Below, piece after piece: positions 8,725 to 16,657 of a DNA stretch of 64,000 nucleotides. The DNA is from an uncultured virus (IMG/VR IMGVR_UViG_3300049629_001705) (taxonomy: Duplodnaviria > Heunggongvirae > Uroviricota > Caudoviricetes). A program made the position numbers and the translations under genes. Within the stretch, counting starts at the first letter, position 1; every line of letters begins with the position of its first letter. The notes under the pieces are model-generated. The model had not been told where the DNA came from, ran no database searches, and worked only from the letters and a program-made list of their open reading frames with translations. The stretch is from the IMG/VR virus record IMGVR_UViG_3300049629_001705; one strand, given 5' to 3'.

Positions 8725-9275
8725 AAATAGATAGAAATAGATTGGCTTGGTTTTTGAAAAATATTAGGGTTGACCATCCTGAAGAACTTTCAGACGAGAT
8801 TCTCATAGACAAATTAGCAAACTATATGGAAGTGAATCCTGATTTTGTTGATATGCAAGGAGTGAGTCATCCTGGCCGTTTCAGTTATCATACTGTTGGA
8901 TATGGTGTTTTTTCTCTTTTAGGTGAACGATACAGGATGGGTAGAGTGGAAATATTTGACCGACAGGAGGATACAGGATATGCGGTTAGTGAAGGTGCTT
9001 ATTGTATGCCACACATCGCAGCAAATCAGTTTGAAGATTTTATTGAATCTTTGGAGACAGACCTTCCAATAAACATTGAAATTGGTTCTCACAAATGGTG
9101 TGAGTATGAATGTGCTAAAGACCTCGGTTTTGAGAACGTTGAACAAATGAGAAACCCTGAAAAAATAAAAGAATATCGTAAAAAGAAAAACGATATCTAT
9201 GCACAAGAAAATGGATATAAAGATTTTGATGATTTATTAAAAAATAGTAAATTTGGAAAGTTTTTGGTAAAATGA
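8721..9275 (+). CDS. Hypothetical protein
   Basis: 184-aa ORF with ATGA overlap. Confidence 0.7.
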   Translation: MKIDRNRLAWFLKNIRVDHPEELSDEILIDKLANYMEVNPDFVDMQGVSHPGRFSYHTVGYGVFSLLGERYRMGRVEIFDRQEDTGYAVSEGAYCMPHIAANQFEDFIESLETDLPINIEIGSHKWCEYECAKDLGFENVEQMRNPEKIKEYRKKKNDIYAQENGYKDFDDLLKNSKFGKFLVK

Positions 9276-9281
9276 TTACCC

Positions 9282-9354
9282 ACGTCTGTAGCTCAGTTGG
9301 TAGAGTACTAGTCTCCAAAACTAGTTGTCAGAGGTTCGAGCCCTCTCAGGCGTG
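9282..9354 (+). tRNA. tRNA-Trp(CCA)
   Basis: Anticodon arm CTAGT-CTCCAAA-ACTAG. Confidence 0.95.
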
Positions 9355-9369
9355 CTAAATGAAACAATT

Positions 9370-9723
9370 ATGAAACCAAAAGAAGTATTACAAATTTGGG
9401 TTGAAAGGTTTAACCAATATGATTTTGAAGGATTAAGTGAATTATATTCTTACTCTGCAATAAATCATCAAACAGCATTAGGTATCATTGAAGGTAAGGA
9501 AAGTATAAAAAAATTTTTTAAGGAAGATTTTGAGAAACATGAAATGGTATGTATAGTTGAGAATATTTTTGAAGATGGAAATGTTGGGATATTAGAATGG
9601 AAAGACCCAAAAGGGTTAAGAGGGTGTGGTTTCTTTTGGATTGAAAATGATAAGATAGTATATCAGAGAGGTTATTTCGATAAATTATCTTTTATGGAAC
9701 AACAAAAAGTAACCTGTGTTTAA
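9370..9723 (+). CDS. SnoaL/NTF2-like protein
   Basis: WVERFN...MVCIVENIFEDG...ILEWKDPKGLRGCGFF...QRGYFDKLSF. Confidence 0.85.
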   Translation: MKPKEVLQIWVERFNQYDFEGLSELYSYSAINHQTALGIIEGKESIKKFFKEDFEKHEMVCIVENIFEDGNVGILEWKDPKGLRGCGFFWIENDKIVYQRGYFDKLSFMEQQKVTCV

Positions 9724-9725
9724 AA

Positions 9726-9799
9726 CTTCAGTACCCATACAGCGGTGAGATGGGCTAAGCAAGATGGAATTTCTCGATGCTGGAACCAGAATGCTGAAG
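9726..9799 (+). ncRNA. Unclassified structured RNA candidate A
   Basis: 8-bp closing stem CTTCAGTA/TGCTGAAG with an internal CCCAT/ATGGG hairpin. Confidence 0.45.
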
Positions 9800-9805
9800 A
9801 ATTTT

Positions 9806-9931
9806 TTAGGTTGATTGGGGAAGGAATATACGATAACCTGATGATGGAGGTAGTATATTCGGAGTTGGAATCATCATAGTAATGCCAATCATAAAAGGAG
9901 TTGTCCACTCGACCATCTTCTCCTTTCCTAA
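9806..9931 (+). ncRNA. Unclassified structured RNA candidate B (multi-stem, possible pseudoknot)
   Basis: Stems TTAGG/CCTAA, TGATTGG/CCAATCA, GAATATAC/GTATATTC, AAAGGAG/CTCCTTT. Confidence 0.55.
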
Positions 9932-9933
9932 TT

Positions 9934-10007
9934 GGACCCCTAGCTCAGTTGGTTAGAGCAACTGACTCATAATCAGTAGGTCCACGGTTCAAGCCCGTGG
10001 GGGTCCA
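9934..10007 (+). tRNA. tRNA with CAT anticodon (Ile2-like or elongator Met)
   Basis: Anticodon arm ACTGA-CTCATAA-TCAGT. G1:C72 is paired, so it is not an initiator. Confidence 0.9.
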
Positions 10008-10009
10008 CA

Positions 10010-10075
10010 AGACAGACACACGCTCCTCATCTCGAAGGATAATGAGAGGAATAATACGTCCTTTAAGGTCTGTCT
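10010..10075 (+). ncRNA. Unclassified structured RNA candidate C
   Basis: AGACAGAC/GTCTGTCT stem enclosing a TCCTCAT/ATGAGAGGA hairpin. Confidence 0.4.
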
Positions 10076-10079
10076 CTTT

Positions 10080-10112
10080 TGTCATATGGTGTAACGGTAA
10101 CACAACAAATTT
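10080..10112 (+). pseudogene. 5' half of a tRNA-Gln-like gene
   Basis: TGTCATA-TGGTGTAACGGTAACAC-AACAAATTT gives the acceptor 5' strand and D-arm; no T-arm follows. Confidence 0.55.
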
Positions 10113-10227
10113 CAATCACACCTTTTAAGTTTGAATTGAATACTTTTGGTTTCTTGACACTTTGGTTCTAATTTGGTATATTTATGTTTGTTAGTTTTAT
10201 AAAACATTAACCGAAAAAAAAACAAAA

Positions 10228-10413
10228 ATGAAAAAAATTTTTGCAATTGTATCACTTGTAGTGCTATCTGCATGTGGTGGAAATGGGGCATCAACTGAAG
10301 TAACAACTGATTCTTCAACTGTTGTAGTAGATTCAATTAAAGTGGATTCTACAGTTGTTCCTGTAGATTCAACAAAAGTTGATGAAGCTCCAAAAGTAGA
10401 AGAAGTTAAATAA
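10228..10413 (+). CDS. Small lipoprotein
   Basis: MKKIFAIVSLVVLSAC lipobox; DST repeats. Confidence 0.8.
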   Translation: MKKIFAIVSLVVLSACGGNGASTEVTTDSSTVVVDSIKVDSTVVPVDSTKVDEAPKVEEVK

Positions 10414-10429
10414 TAAAATTTCTTCCAAT

Positions 10430-10457
10430 AAAAAAACCCACAATCGTGGGTTTTTTT
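10430..10457. terminator. Bidirectional terminator
   Basis: AAAAAAACCCAC-AATC-GTGGGTTTTTTT between convergent genes. Confidence 0.8.
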
Positions 10458-10461
10458 ATTT

Positions 10462-11103
10462 CTATTTGACGGGATTTGCAATCCCTTTTATATAATCGTA
10501 GAAAAGATTTCCTGTCCAACCAGCATCGGATGTAGAGATATCAGTTTTAGCACTTGCTGTTGAAAATTCTGGACTGTCTGAAGAACCAGGACTCACATCA
10601 CCTTCATAAGATTCGCCTGTACTATTTGAAACGTGTACATGGTCATCGTGACCTGCGAAACCGAAAGTTAAAAAAGCTTTTGGATTAGTTTTACCCTCTT
10701 TATTTTTACTATAACCCATACTCTGTAAAGTATTAGTAAATTTTTCAACAGTTTCTTTATTTTTGGGTGCAACAACTACTTTTTTACCGTCAGGTAAAAT
10801 TATGTAATCGATGTCTACCGCTAACTGTCTCCAATGTCTACTAACTGAACCATTAGCAGTTAGTCTACGGTGTCCTGTTTTTGCCCAATCTATTGTAATT
10901 TTAAAATTGTTTGCCTCGGCAGCTTTTTGTAAATCATTCAATAAAGCTTGTGGTAACTTGTCTTTTTTTGTTCTTCTATGAAAAATTAAATTTGGATATT
11001 TTGATTCATTAGATTCTACATCAATCAAAATCTCATTTATGAGACTTTTGTTTGATAAAATTTTATCAAAAGTTTCTGATATTCTATGTTCCAATATATT
11101 CAC
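10462..11103 (-). CDS. Peptidase M15-like Zn peptidoglycan hydrolase
   Basis: SRHWRQLAVDID and HDDHVHVS zinc motifs. Confidence 0.65.
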   Translation of the reverse strand: MNILEHRISETFDKILSNKSLINEILIDVESNESKYPNLIFHRRTKKDKLPQALLNDLQKAAEANNFKITIDWAKTGHRRLTANGSVSRHWRQLAVDIDYIILPDGKKVVVAPKNKETVEKFTNTLQSMGYSKNKEGKTNPKAFLTFGFAGHDDHVHVSNSTGESYEGDVSPGSSDSPEFSTASAKTDISTSDAGWTGNLFYDYIKGIANPVK

Positions 11104-11137
11104 AATTCATAAATATTTGTAAAATAAAAAAAACCCG

Positions 11138-11440
11138 TCAAACAGGTTTTTTATAACTTAGAACTTTTTTGCCTTTGTTCTCAGTGGTTTGTTGTGTGGG
11201 GGATTTTTTTTCTTTTTTTGGAGGAGTATTCAATCCAAATTTTACCCATTTATACCAAATTCTTTCATGAATATAATACTGAATTGGTTTATAAACAAGT
11301 TCAACCACTCCGAAAGCAGCACCTATTTTGATATCTCCAGAAGCCCACCACATACCGAGGAAACCAATTGTTGTGCTTAAAACTCTGTAAGTTATTGTTT
11401 TAGCTAAATGTCGTTTGAATGATACTTTAGTCTGACTCAT
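11138..11440 (-). CDS. DUF2061 membrane protein
   Basis: RHLAKTITYRVLST...YYIHERIW. Confidence 0.85.
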   Translation of the reverse strand: MSQTKVSFKRHLAKTITYRVLSTTIGFLGMWWASGDIKIGAAFGVVELVYKPIQYYIHERIWYKWVKFGLNTPPKKEKKSPTQQTTENKGKKVLSYKKPV

Positions 11441-11822
11441 AATTTTCTATTTTTGGTGGTCCACCAATACTATTGAAGCCACCGTCTCTGATAAAATTTA
11501 TACCTATAGCTCTTTCGATTTGAGGAGCTTCAGGGTCTTTATCATTAAATATAACACGAGTACCTCTTCCACAATTCATAACCAATTGATGATATTTCAA
11601 ACCAATTTTCTCTAATTCCTGTTTTGTGAATAATTCATAGGTTGAGGGCCGTGCGGTAGTGATGATTATTACTGCACCTGAATCAAACTGACTATTGAGA
11701 TAGTCGATTACATCTTGAATAGGTTCAAGGGTAGATTCGAATAATTTACTGAATTTTCGGTACTTTACTATGGTACCATCTATATCAACAAAAAAAGTAG
11801 GGTTTTTTATAATTTTATTCAT
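11427..11822 (-). CDS. HAD-superfamily phosphatase
   Basis: FVDIDGTI, IITTAR, IFNDK. Confidence 0.8.
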   Translation of the reverse strand: MNKIIKNPTFFVDIDGTIVKYRKFSKLFESTLEPIQDVIDYLNSQFDSGAVIIITTARPSTYELFTKQELEKIGLKYHQLVMNCGRGTRVIFNDKDPEAPQIERAIGINFIRDGGFNSIGGPPKIENYESD

Positions 11823-11904
11823 AAGTAAGTTTGTAGTGAATAATCAAAATGTGATATTATCATTATATTGCTCCCAATCGGAACTCCCATTGAAAATATT
11901 TTCA

Positions 11905-12126
11905 TCATTTGTTTTTTTCCCTTTTTTCTTCGAACTGAACAGATTCGAAATTAATTTTATTAAGTTCATCAATCGATATTTCATTATTTTTCCAATTTTT
12001 CCAATTATCAAAATCTTTTAAATCTTCTAATGTTTTTTCATGAACCAAAACAAAACCTTCGGGAGCACATCCTTCAAATTTGGTCTTTAATCCTTTTTCT
12101 TTCAGTAATTTTTTTAAATCAATCAT
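11905..12126 (-). CDS. Hypothetical protein
   Basis: 73-aa ORF. Confidence 0.55.
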   Translation of the reverse strand: MIDLKKLLKEKGLKTKFEGCAPEGFVLVHEKTLEDLKDFDNWKNWKNNEISIDELNKINFESVQFEEKREKNK

Positions 12127-12200
12127 TGTGCCAAAATTAAAGTATTTATTTTAGAAAACAAAGTCTTAGGACATAAACTTTAAATAATAATTCATGGGAG

Positions 12201-12425
12201 ATGGTGAGAAAAATATCCACTTGGAAAAACACACTCCAAGACAATCTATCTCAAGTGTTTCTAATGTTAGCACTTTTCTTCAATCCATTTGGATTCGATG
12301 CCGTGCAATATTCCCTGATATTACTGACAGGAAGTTTATGGAGAGCGAATTTCGTTTTGTATTGTATTGCGGGCTTATTTTTTGGTTTATATATCTACTT
12401 TCGAAAATTATCTAAAGAGCTCTGA
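12201..12425 (+). CDS. Small two-TM membrane protein
   Basis: Two hydrophobic segments; TATTTAT at 12143-12149. Confidence 0.6.
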   Translation: MVRKISTWKNTLQDNLSQVFLMLALFFNPFGFDAVQYSLILLTGSLWRANFVLYCIAGLFFGLYIYFRKLSKEL

Positions 12426-13890
12426 GTTCACCTTTTTTGAACGGTTCAAAATTACGCCCTTTCTTAATTATAAACTTTGAACCTTCTTTTACGTAATCAA
12501 TTATACCAGCGTGTTTTGCCGATGCAAAAAATGATGCGAAATGTCCCCTGAATTGTTTTGATGGATGATAAACATCTGAATAAGAGTGAGCGTATTCTTT
12601 TTTCCCATTTACAACTCGAGTTTTTAGTTTTCCAATATATTCAAGGAAATCTAATTTGGTTCCATTATCGTAACCTGAATCTAAATAATCAATCAACTTT
12701 TTTATCAGCCCTTTGTTTTTACCAAAAGTATACCCATGATTTATTCTGCTGGCTCTCCATGTTGGACCAGTAATATTTTTTAAAAATTTTTCAAACTCCT
12801 CGTTTTCGAAAATTTTTTTGAAAACTTTTCCTAACAAAATTTTATCAAAATTCAATCGTAATTCTTCAGGAGGGTAGTTAAAATTCATCATTACATCATA
12901 ACCCCAAGATTCCCAAAGTTTGAAATCAAATTTTGGTTCTTCATCAGACTCTTCGCTGAATCCAACAGAGGCTCCCCATTGATTACCTTTTTTTAGAGAG
13001 TAACTTACGAATACATCGTATTCATCGATGACTTCGACATTTAAATAAATTTTTAGTTTACCTACAGCTTTACCCGGCATATCGGATATCAAATCATAAC
13101 CGTAAATGTCGAGTAAAATATCTTTATGTACACCATGAAAGTTTCCGTAAACACTGAAGTTATGCCCTTTTTTTTCAAAAACTTTGTTCAATTCTTCAAA
13201 GTTTGATTTGGTTTTTTCTTCACTATGTTCTTTTATTTTTGAATATAATTCAGGAAAATATTCTTTGAAAAGAGTTACAGTATCGCCCCCCAATTGGTGG
13301 TCTCGGGAGTCCCACCAATTTTCATATCCCGCTTCGTTGATATGAACCGCAACTTTGTAATTTGGTTCATATTCTTTTCCTTTTTTTCTGATGATGTAAT
13401 ATAAACCTTGTTTCCCGCTCGTGTACCTACGAAAATGGTCTGCATCCTTAACTGTAGTACACCATTTTGTTCCTGAACCATATTTACAAGAAGCCTCTAT
13501 TGTTTTTGGTACTAAAACAAGAAAATTATCGTCTTCGTAAATTTTTTCTGTTTGGTTTTCTAATTCCTTTTCCTTCTCTTTTTCTTTAAAGGGCTCTAAA
13601 GCTTTTTCTAATTCCTCAAAACTAAGATATTGATTGATGTCTTTTTTTTCTAATTGTTTTTGATATTTGTCAAAATCTTTGACAAGCTCAACCGCAATTT
13701 CAACATTCATATCAACATCTGTTTCAGGCTCCAAAACTTTCAAAACCCAATCTGTATATTTGTGATTAAAATCTTGTAAATCTGAAACACCCAAAACAAA
13801 ATCAATAACCTCGTTATCAAATTTTTGGGAATATTTTTTCTTGAGGTCTTCTTTTCTTCCCTCCTTCAATAAAATATCAACAAACTTCAT
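12412..13890 (-). CDS. Large-phage hypothetical protein, possibly capsid-internal
   Basis: ASCKYGSGTKWCT motif; LLKE near the N-terminus; TATTTAT upstream. Confidence 0.7.
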   Translation of the reverse strand: MKFVDILLKEGRKEDLKKKYSQKFDNEVIDFVLGVSDLQDFNHKYTDWVLKVLEPETDVDMNVEIAVELVKDFDKYQKQLEKKDINQYLSFEELEKALEPFKEKEKEKELENQTEKIYEDDNFLVLVPKTIEASCKYGSGTKWCTTVKDADHFRRYTSGKQGLYYIIRKKGKEYEPNYKVAVHINEAGYENWWDSRDHQLGGDTVTLFKEYFPELYSKIKEHSEEKTKSNFEELNKVFEKKGHNFSVYGNFHGVHKDILLDIYGYDLISDMPGKAVGKLKIYLNVEVIDEYDVFVSYSLKKGNQWGASVGFSEESDEEPKFDFKLWESWGYDVMMNFNYPPEELRLNFDKILLGKVFKKIFENEEFEKFLKNITGPTWRASRINHGYTFGKNKGLIKKLIDYLDSGYDNGTKLDFLEYIGKLKTRVVNGKKEYAHSYSDVYHPSKQFRGHFASFFASAKHAGIIDYVKEGSKFIIKKGRNFEPFKKGELRAL

Positions 13891-13936
13891 ATGGTATAAA
13901 TATACAAAAAGGGAGATATAAATCTCCCCTTTGATA

Positions 13937-14011
13937 TGGTAGTCCCGAGAGGAATCGAACCTCTATGTACAGATTAGAAATCTGTCATTCTATCCGTTGA
14001 ATTACGGGACC
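13937..14011 (-). tRNA. tRNA-Arg(TCT)
   Basis: Minus strand GGTCCCG...ACAGA-TTTCTAA-TCTGT...CGGGACTACCA. Confidence 0.95.
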
Positions 14012-14017
14012 ATATTT

Positions 14018-14368
14018 TTACTTCCAAAACAATTGAATCAAAAGTATAACAAAACTTAGAGACAAACAAATTAAAGTTTTTGTTGTCATCGGTTCTTTTA
14101 GAATAAGCCATGCCATGAAACTAAATACAATAACACCAATACTGAATCCTATAATACGATTAGGCCAAGTTTCACCGTTATATAGGCTTACCATTTCTCT
14201 ACTTGCTAAAATTACCAAATATCCGACAGGTACCCCGAGTAAGGTCATAATAAATGGATTGTTTTTAATCCATTTACTCCAAAGATGTCCTTGAAGTTGA
14301 TAGAATGTAAACGCTTGAGAAAAAAGATAAACTGTCAGAATAAAAATAATTGAGCCTAATTTGTTCAT
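14018..14368 (-). CDS. Four-TM small membrane protein (DMT/SMR-like)
   Basis: Four hydrophobic helices; TATCTTTG element just upstream. Confidence 0.55.
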   Translation of the reverse strand: MNKLGSIIFILTVYLFSQAFTFYQLQGHLWSKWIKNNPFIMTLLGVPVGYLVILASREMVSLYNGETWPNRIIGFSIGVIVFSFMAWLILKEPMTTKTLICLSLSFVILLIQLFWK

Positions 14369-14432
14369 TGTGTAACAAAGATAGTAATTTTTTGTTACAA
14401 AAAAAACCCCCACCGTGAAGTGAGGGTTAAAT

Positions 14433-14573
14433 TCATTTATTTGACCATCCGTCTATTAAACCTTGTTTGATATCTTTCCAATCAATTATCAAGTAGGTAA
14501 TAACTATAACACATAGAATTGTCCATTTGTGTTTAATAACGAGTGTTTCAATATCTTTTAGTAATTCTTTCAT
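14433..14573 (-). CDS. 46-aa single-TM protein
   Basis: MKELLKDIETLVIKHKWTILCVIVITYLIIDWKDIKQGLIDGWSNK; overlaps the pspC stop (ATGA). Confidence 0.6.
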   Translation of the reverse strand: MKELLKDIETLVIKHKWTILCVIVITYLIIDWKDIKQGLIDGWSNK

Positions 14574-14773
14574 ATTTTTTGTCCTATAAGTGAGTTATCT
14601 TTAGGTATTACTAACCAAGCTAATAAATAAAATAAAATAATTGGTATTGGTGCAAATATTAAAGCTAAAAATATCAATCTCCAAAGTGTAGAGTCTATAT
14701 TTGTATACTCACCGAGTCCACCACAAATTCCTGCAATTTTTTTATCTATCTGACTTCTAAATAATTTTCTCAT
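14570..14773 (-). CDS. pspC: PspC domain protein
   Basis: RKLFRSQIDKKIAGICGGLGEY...LWRLIF...YLLAWLVIP. Confidence 0.9.
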   Translation of the reverse strand: MRKLFRSQIDKKIAGICGGLGEYTNIDSTLWRLIFLALIFAPIPIILFYLLAWLVIPKDNSLIGQKI

Positions 14774-14791
14774 AATGTCTTTTTTTATGTT

Positions 14792-15400
14792 TTATTTCTT
14801 TTTCTTTAGTTCACTCAGTGCGTTTACAGGAATAATTGTTCCTACAGGATATGAAGACCCCACAGGTGCCTGAGTTACAGATGTTTCACCTGGATGAGCT
14901 CGTAATGCTCTTCTCATCGGAAACGCTAATTCATTAAGTGGACCAAAACATTCTGCAAGTGTTACACCGTTAACCTTATTAGGTAATACAACACAAGGCA
15001 TACACCACATATTACTCATTCCACCTTTAGGTCCTTTAGATATTACGAATGTTCTATTTACCGTTGGTAAATTTTCCCAAGTTGGAGCTTGAGGGACACT
15101 GTCATAATACCAAAAATAAGACCAAACAGTTTTATCTGTTCCATCAGGTGTAAGTGAAGGATTCGGAACCAAGATTTTGTTTGCTACTGAAGGACCATCC
15201 ATAACAGGACAAACCGCAACACCCTCTAAGAACTTTTTACCTTCCACAGTAATAGTTTTACCCGTTGCCTTAGCAGAAGAAGCCCCACAAAAAGCAAATT
15301 TTCCCTCAACAATTGTGAGTGCTTTCCCTCTATGAAGTTTCTGAGTGAATGATGTTGTTCCTAATCCCAACATCGCAAGTAGTAATAGTAGTTTTTTCAT
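14792..15400 (-). CDS. Secreted Cys-containing hypothetical protein
   Basis: Signal peptide MKKLLLLLAMLGLG. Confidence 0.7.
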   Translation of the reverse strand: MKKLLLLLAMLGLGTTSFTQKLHRGKALTIVEGKFAFCGASSAKATGKTITVEGKKFLEGVAVCPVMDGPSVANKILVPNPSLTPDGTDKTVWSYFWYYDSVPQAPTWENLPTVNRTFVISKGPKGGMSNMWCMPCVVLPNKVNGVTLAECFGPLNELAFPMRRALRAHPGETSVTQAPVGSSYPVGTIIPVNALSELKKKK

Positions 15401-15451
15401 AATATATTTTATTATAAATATAAAACCCCCACCATAAGGTGAGGGTTTTTT

Positions 15452-16657
15452 TTAATTACCCTTCAGTGGAAATCGTGTCCACCCTTGTGTCCAATTCGGG
15501 GTTGTCAAAACTTGTAGTTCCGAAATTGAAAAGGTTTTCTCAATATTACCTTGAGATAACGCTTTGGTTTTCATATCTGATGAAGTAAATAATGTAGATG
15601 TTGATTTGAAATTTAGAGTTGGGTCAAATGAACCAATCTGATTATTTTCAAACTTTGAAATATTATCTTTGTAAAACGTTGCTGTTTCATTCGATTCAAG
15701 TGAAAACGCACCTTTCATATGACCAGCAATCACTGAATTTGTAATAGTGAATTGCGTTGCTCTCCTCCATCTTAAACCCAAATTATGGTTAGTCAGTGAA
15801 CCTGTTTCATTCGGACCAACAATAACCATATTGGATAATTTTGGGTGTGTAAAAGGTTGTGCGGATGAACCTGTTCCATCATTATCACATTCTACGCCAT
15901 TTCCCGCATCCCCATTATCTACAAATTGTGGGTCTCTTTTTGCAATACTAAAAGAAACTGACCCTCTATAACCGAAGTCAAAATCAAAATCGTCATCAGC
16001 TGTTGCAAACGCGTATAAGTTTTTTGCGTTTACTGTTCCGCCGAAGAATTCAAACGCGTCATCATTTGCATAAATTGTCTGAACATTTTCGATTACAGTA
16101 CCACTTCCCACTCCTCCGAGAGTCAATGCATTTATCTCTGAATTTGGGAGTGCCGCTATTCCTGCATATTCAATTCTAACATATTTTAGAACCCCACTGT
16201 TGTCCAAATCATTTGTACCACCATAAGGTCTACCAATTCCACCTTCTATCGTAGGTTCGGAACTTCTGTTGGTTGTTGCTCTACCCAAGATGACAATTCC
16301 ACCCCAATCGCCAGGTGCTCTTTGTCCTTCAGGTTTTCCTGAGGTAAAAACAATAGGTTTCAGTTGAGTTCCCTCAGCCAAAATCTGTGCTCCTCTTTCA
16401 ATACACAGAGCCCCTTTTTCTGCTATGTCAGAAATTATTTTTGTACCTGGTTGAATAATCAACTTTGCACCATCTGTGATGTAAACATAACCTTTGAGTG
16501 TCCATACTTTGTCTGATGTCAGTGTTGTGGTTGAGTTGATTGAACCAGTGAGTGTTGTGGAAGAGGGAACGTTAATTGGTCCATCACCACCGCCAAGATT
16601 TTTTTCACAACTTGTAAAAAGGAGTGAGATTGCTAAAACCGATAAAAATTTTTTCAT
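15452..16657 (-). CDS. Beta-helix lipoprotein partner of TonB-dependent receptor
   Basis: Lipobox FTSC; GDWGGIVILG, YVRIEYAG, DDAFEFFGG and DDDFDFDFGY beta-helix repeats. Confidence 0.8.
   Translation of the reverse strand: MKKFLSVLAISLLFTSCEKNLGGGDGPINVPSSTTLTGSINSTTTLTSDKVWTLKGYVYITDGAKLIIQPGTKIISDIAEKGALCIERGAQILAEGTQLKPIVFTSGKPEGQRAPGDWGGIVILGRATTNRSSEPTIEGGIGRPYGGTNDLDNSGVLKYVRIEYAGIAALPNSEINALTLGGVGSGTVIENVQTIYANDDAFEFFGGTVNAKNLYAFATADDDFDFDFGYRGSVSFSIAKRDPQFVDNGDAGNGVECDNDGTGSSAQPFTHPKLSNMVIVGPNETGSLTNHNLGLRWRRATQFTITNSVIAGHMKGAFSLESNETATFYKDNISKFENNQIGSFDPTLNFKSTSTLFTSSDMKTKALSQGNIEKTFSISELQVLTTPNWTQGWTRFPLKGN

Noticed and set aside
9838..9844. CTGATGA hammerhead-like core
   Set aside because: No stem II followed by GAAA in the required arrangement.
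10010..10090. HDV-like (theta) ribozyme after tRNA
   Set aside because: No GG/P4/catalytic C/P2' after the first stem.
11842..11920. Possible frameshift extension (DENIFNGSSDWEQYNDNITF) at an A7 run
   Set aside because: Cannot be told apart from chance or a sequencing indel without homologs.
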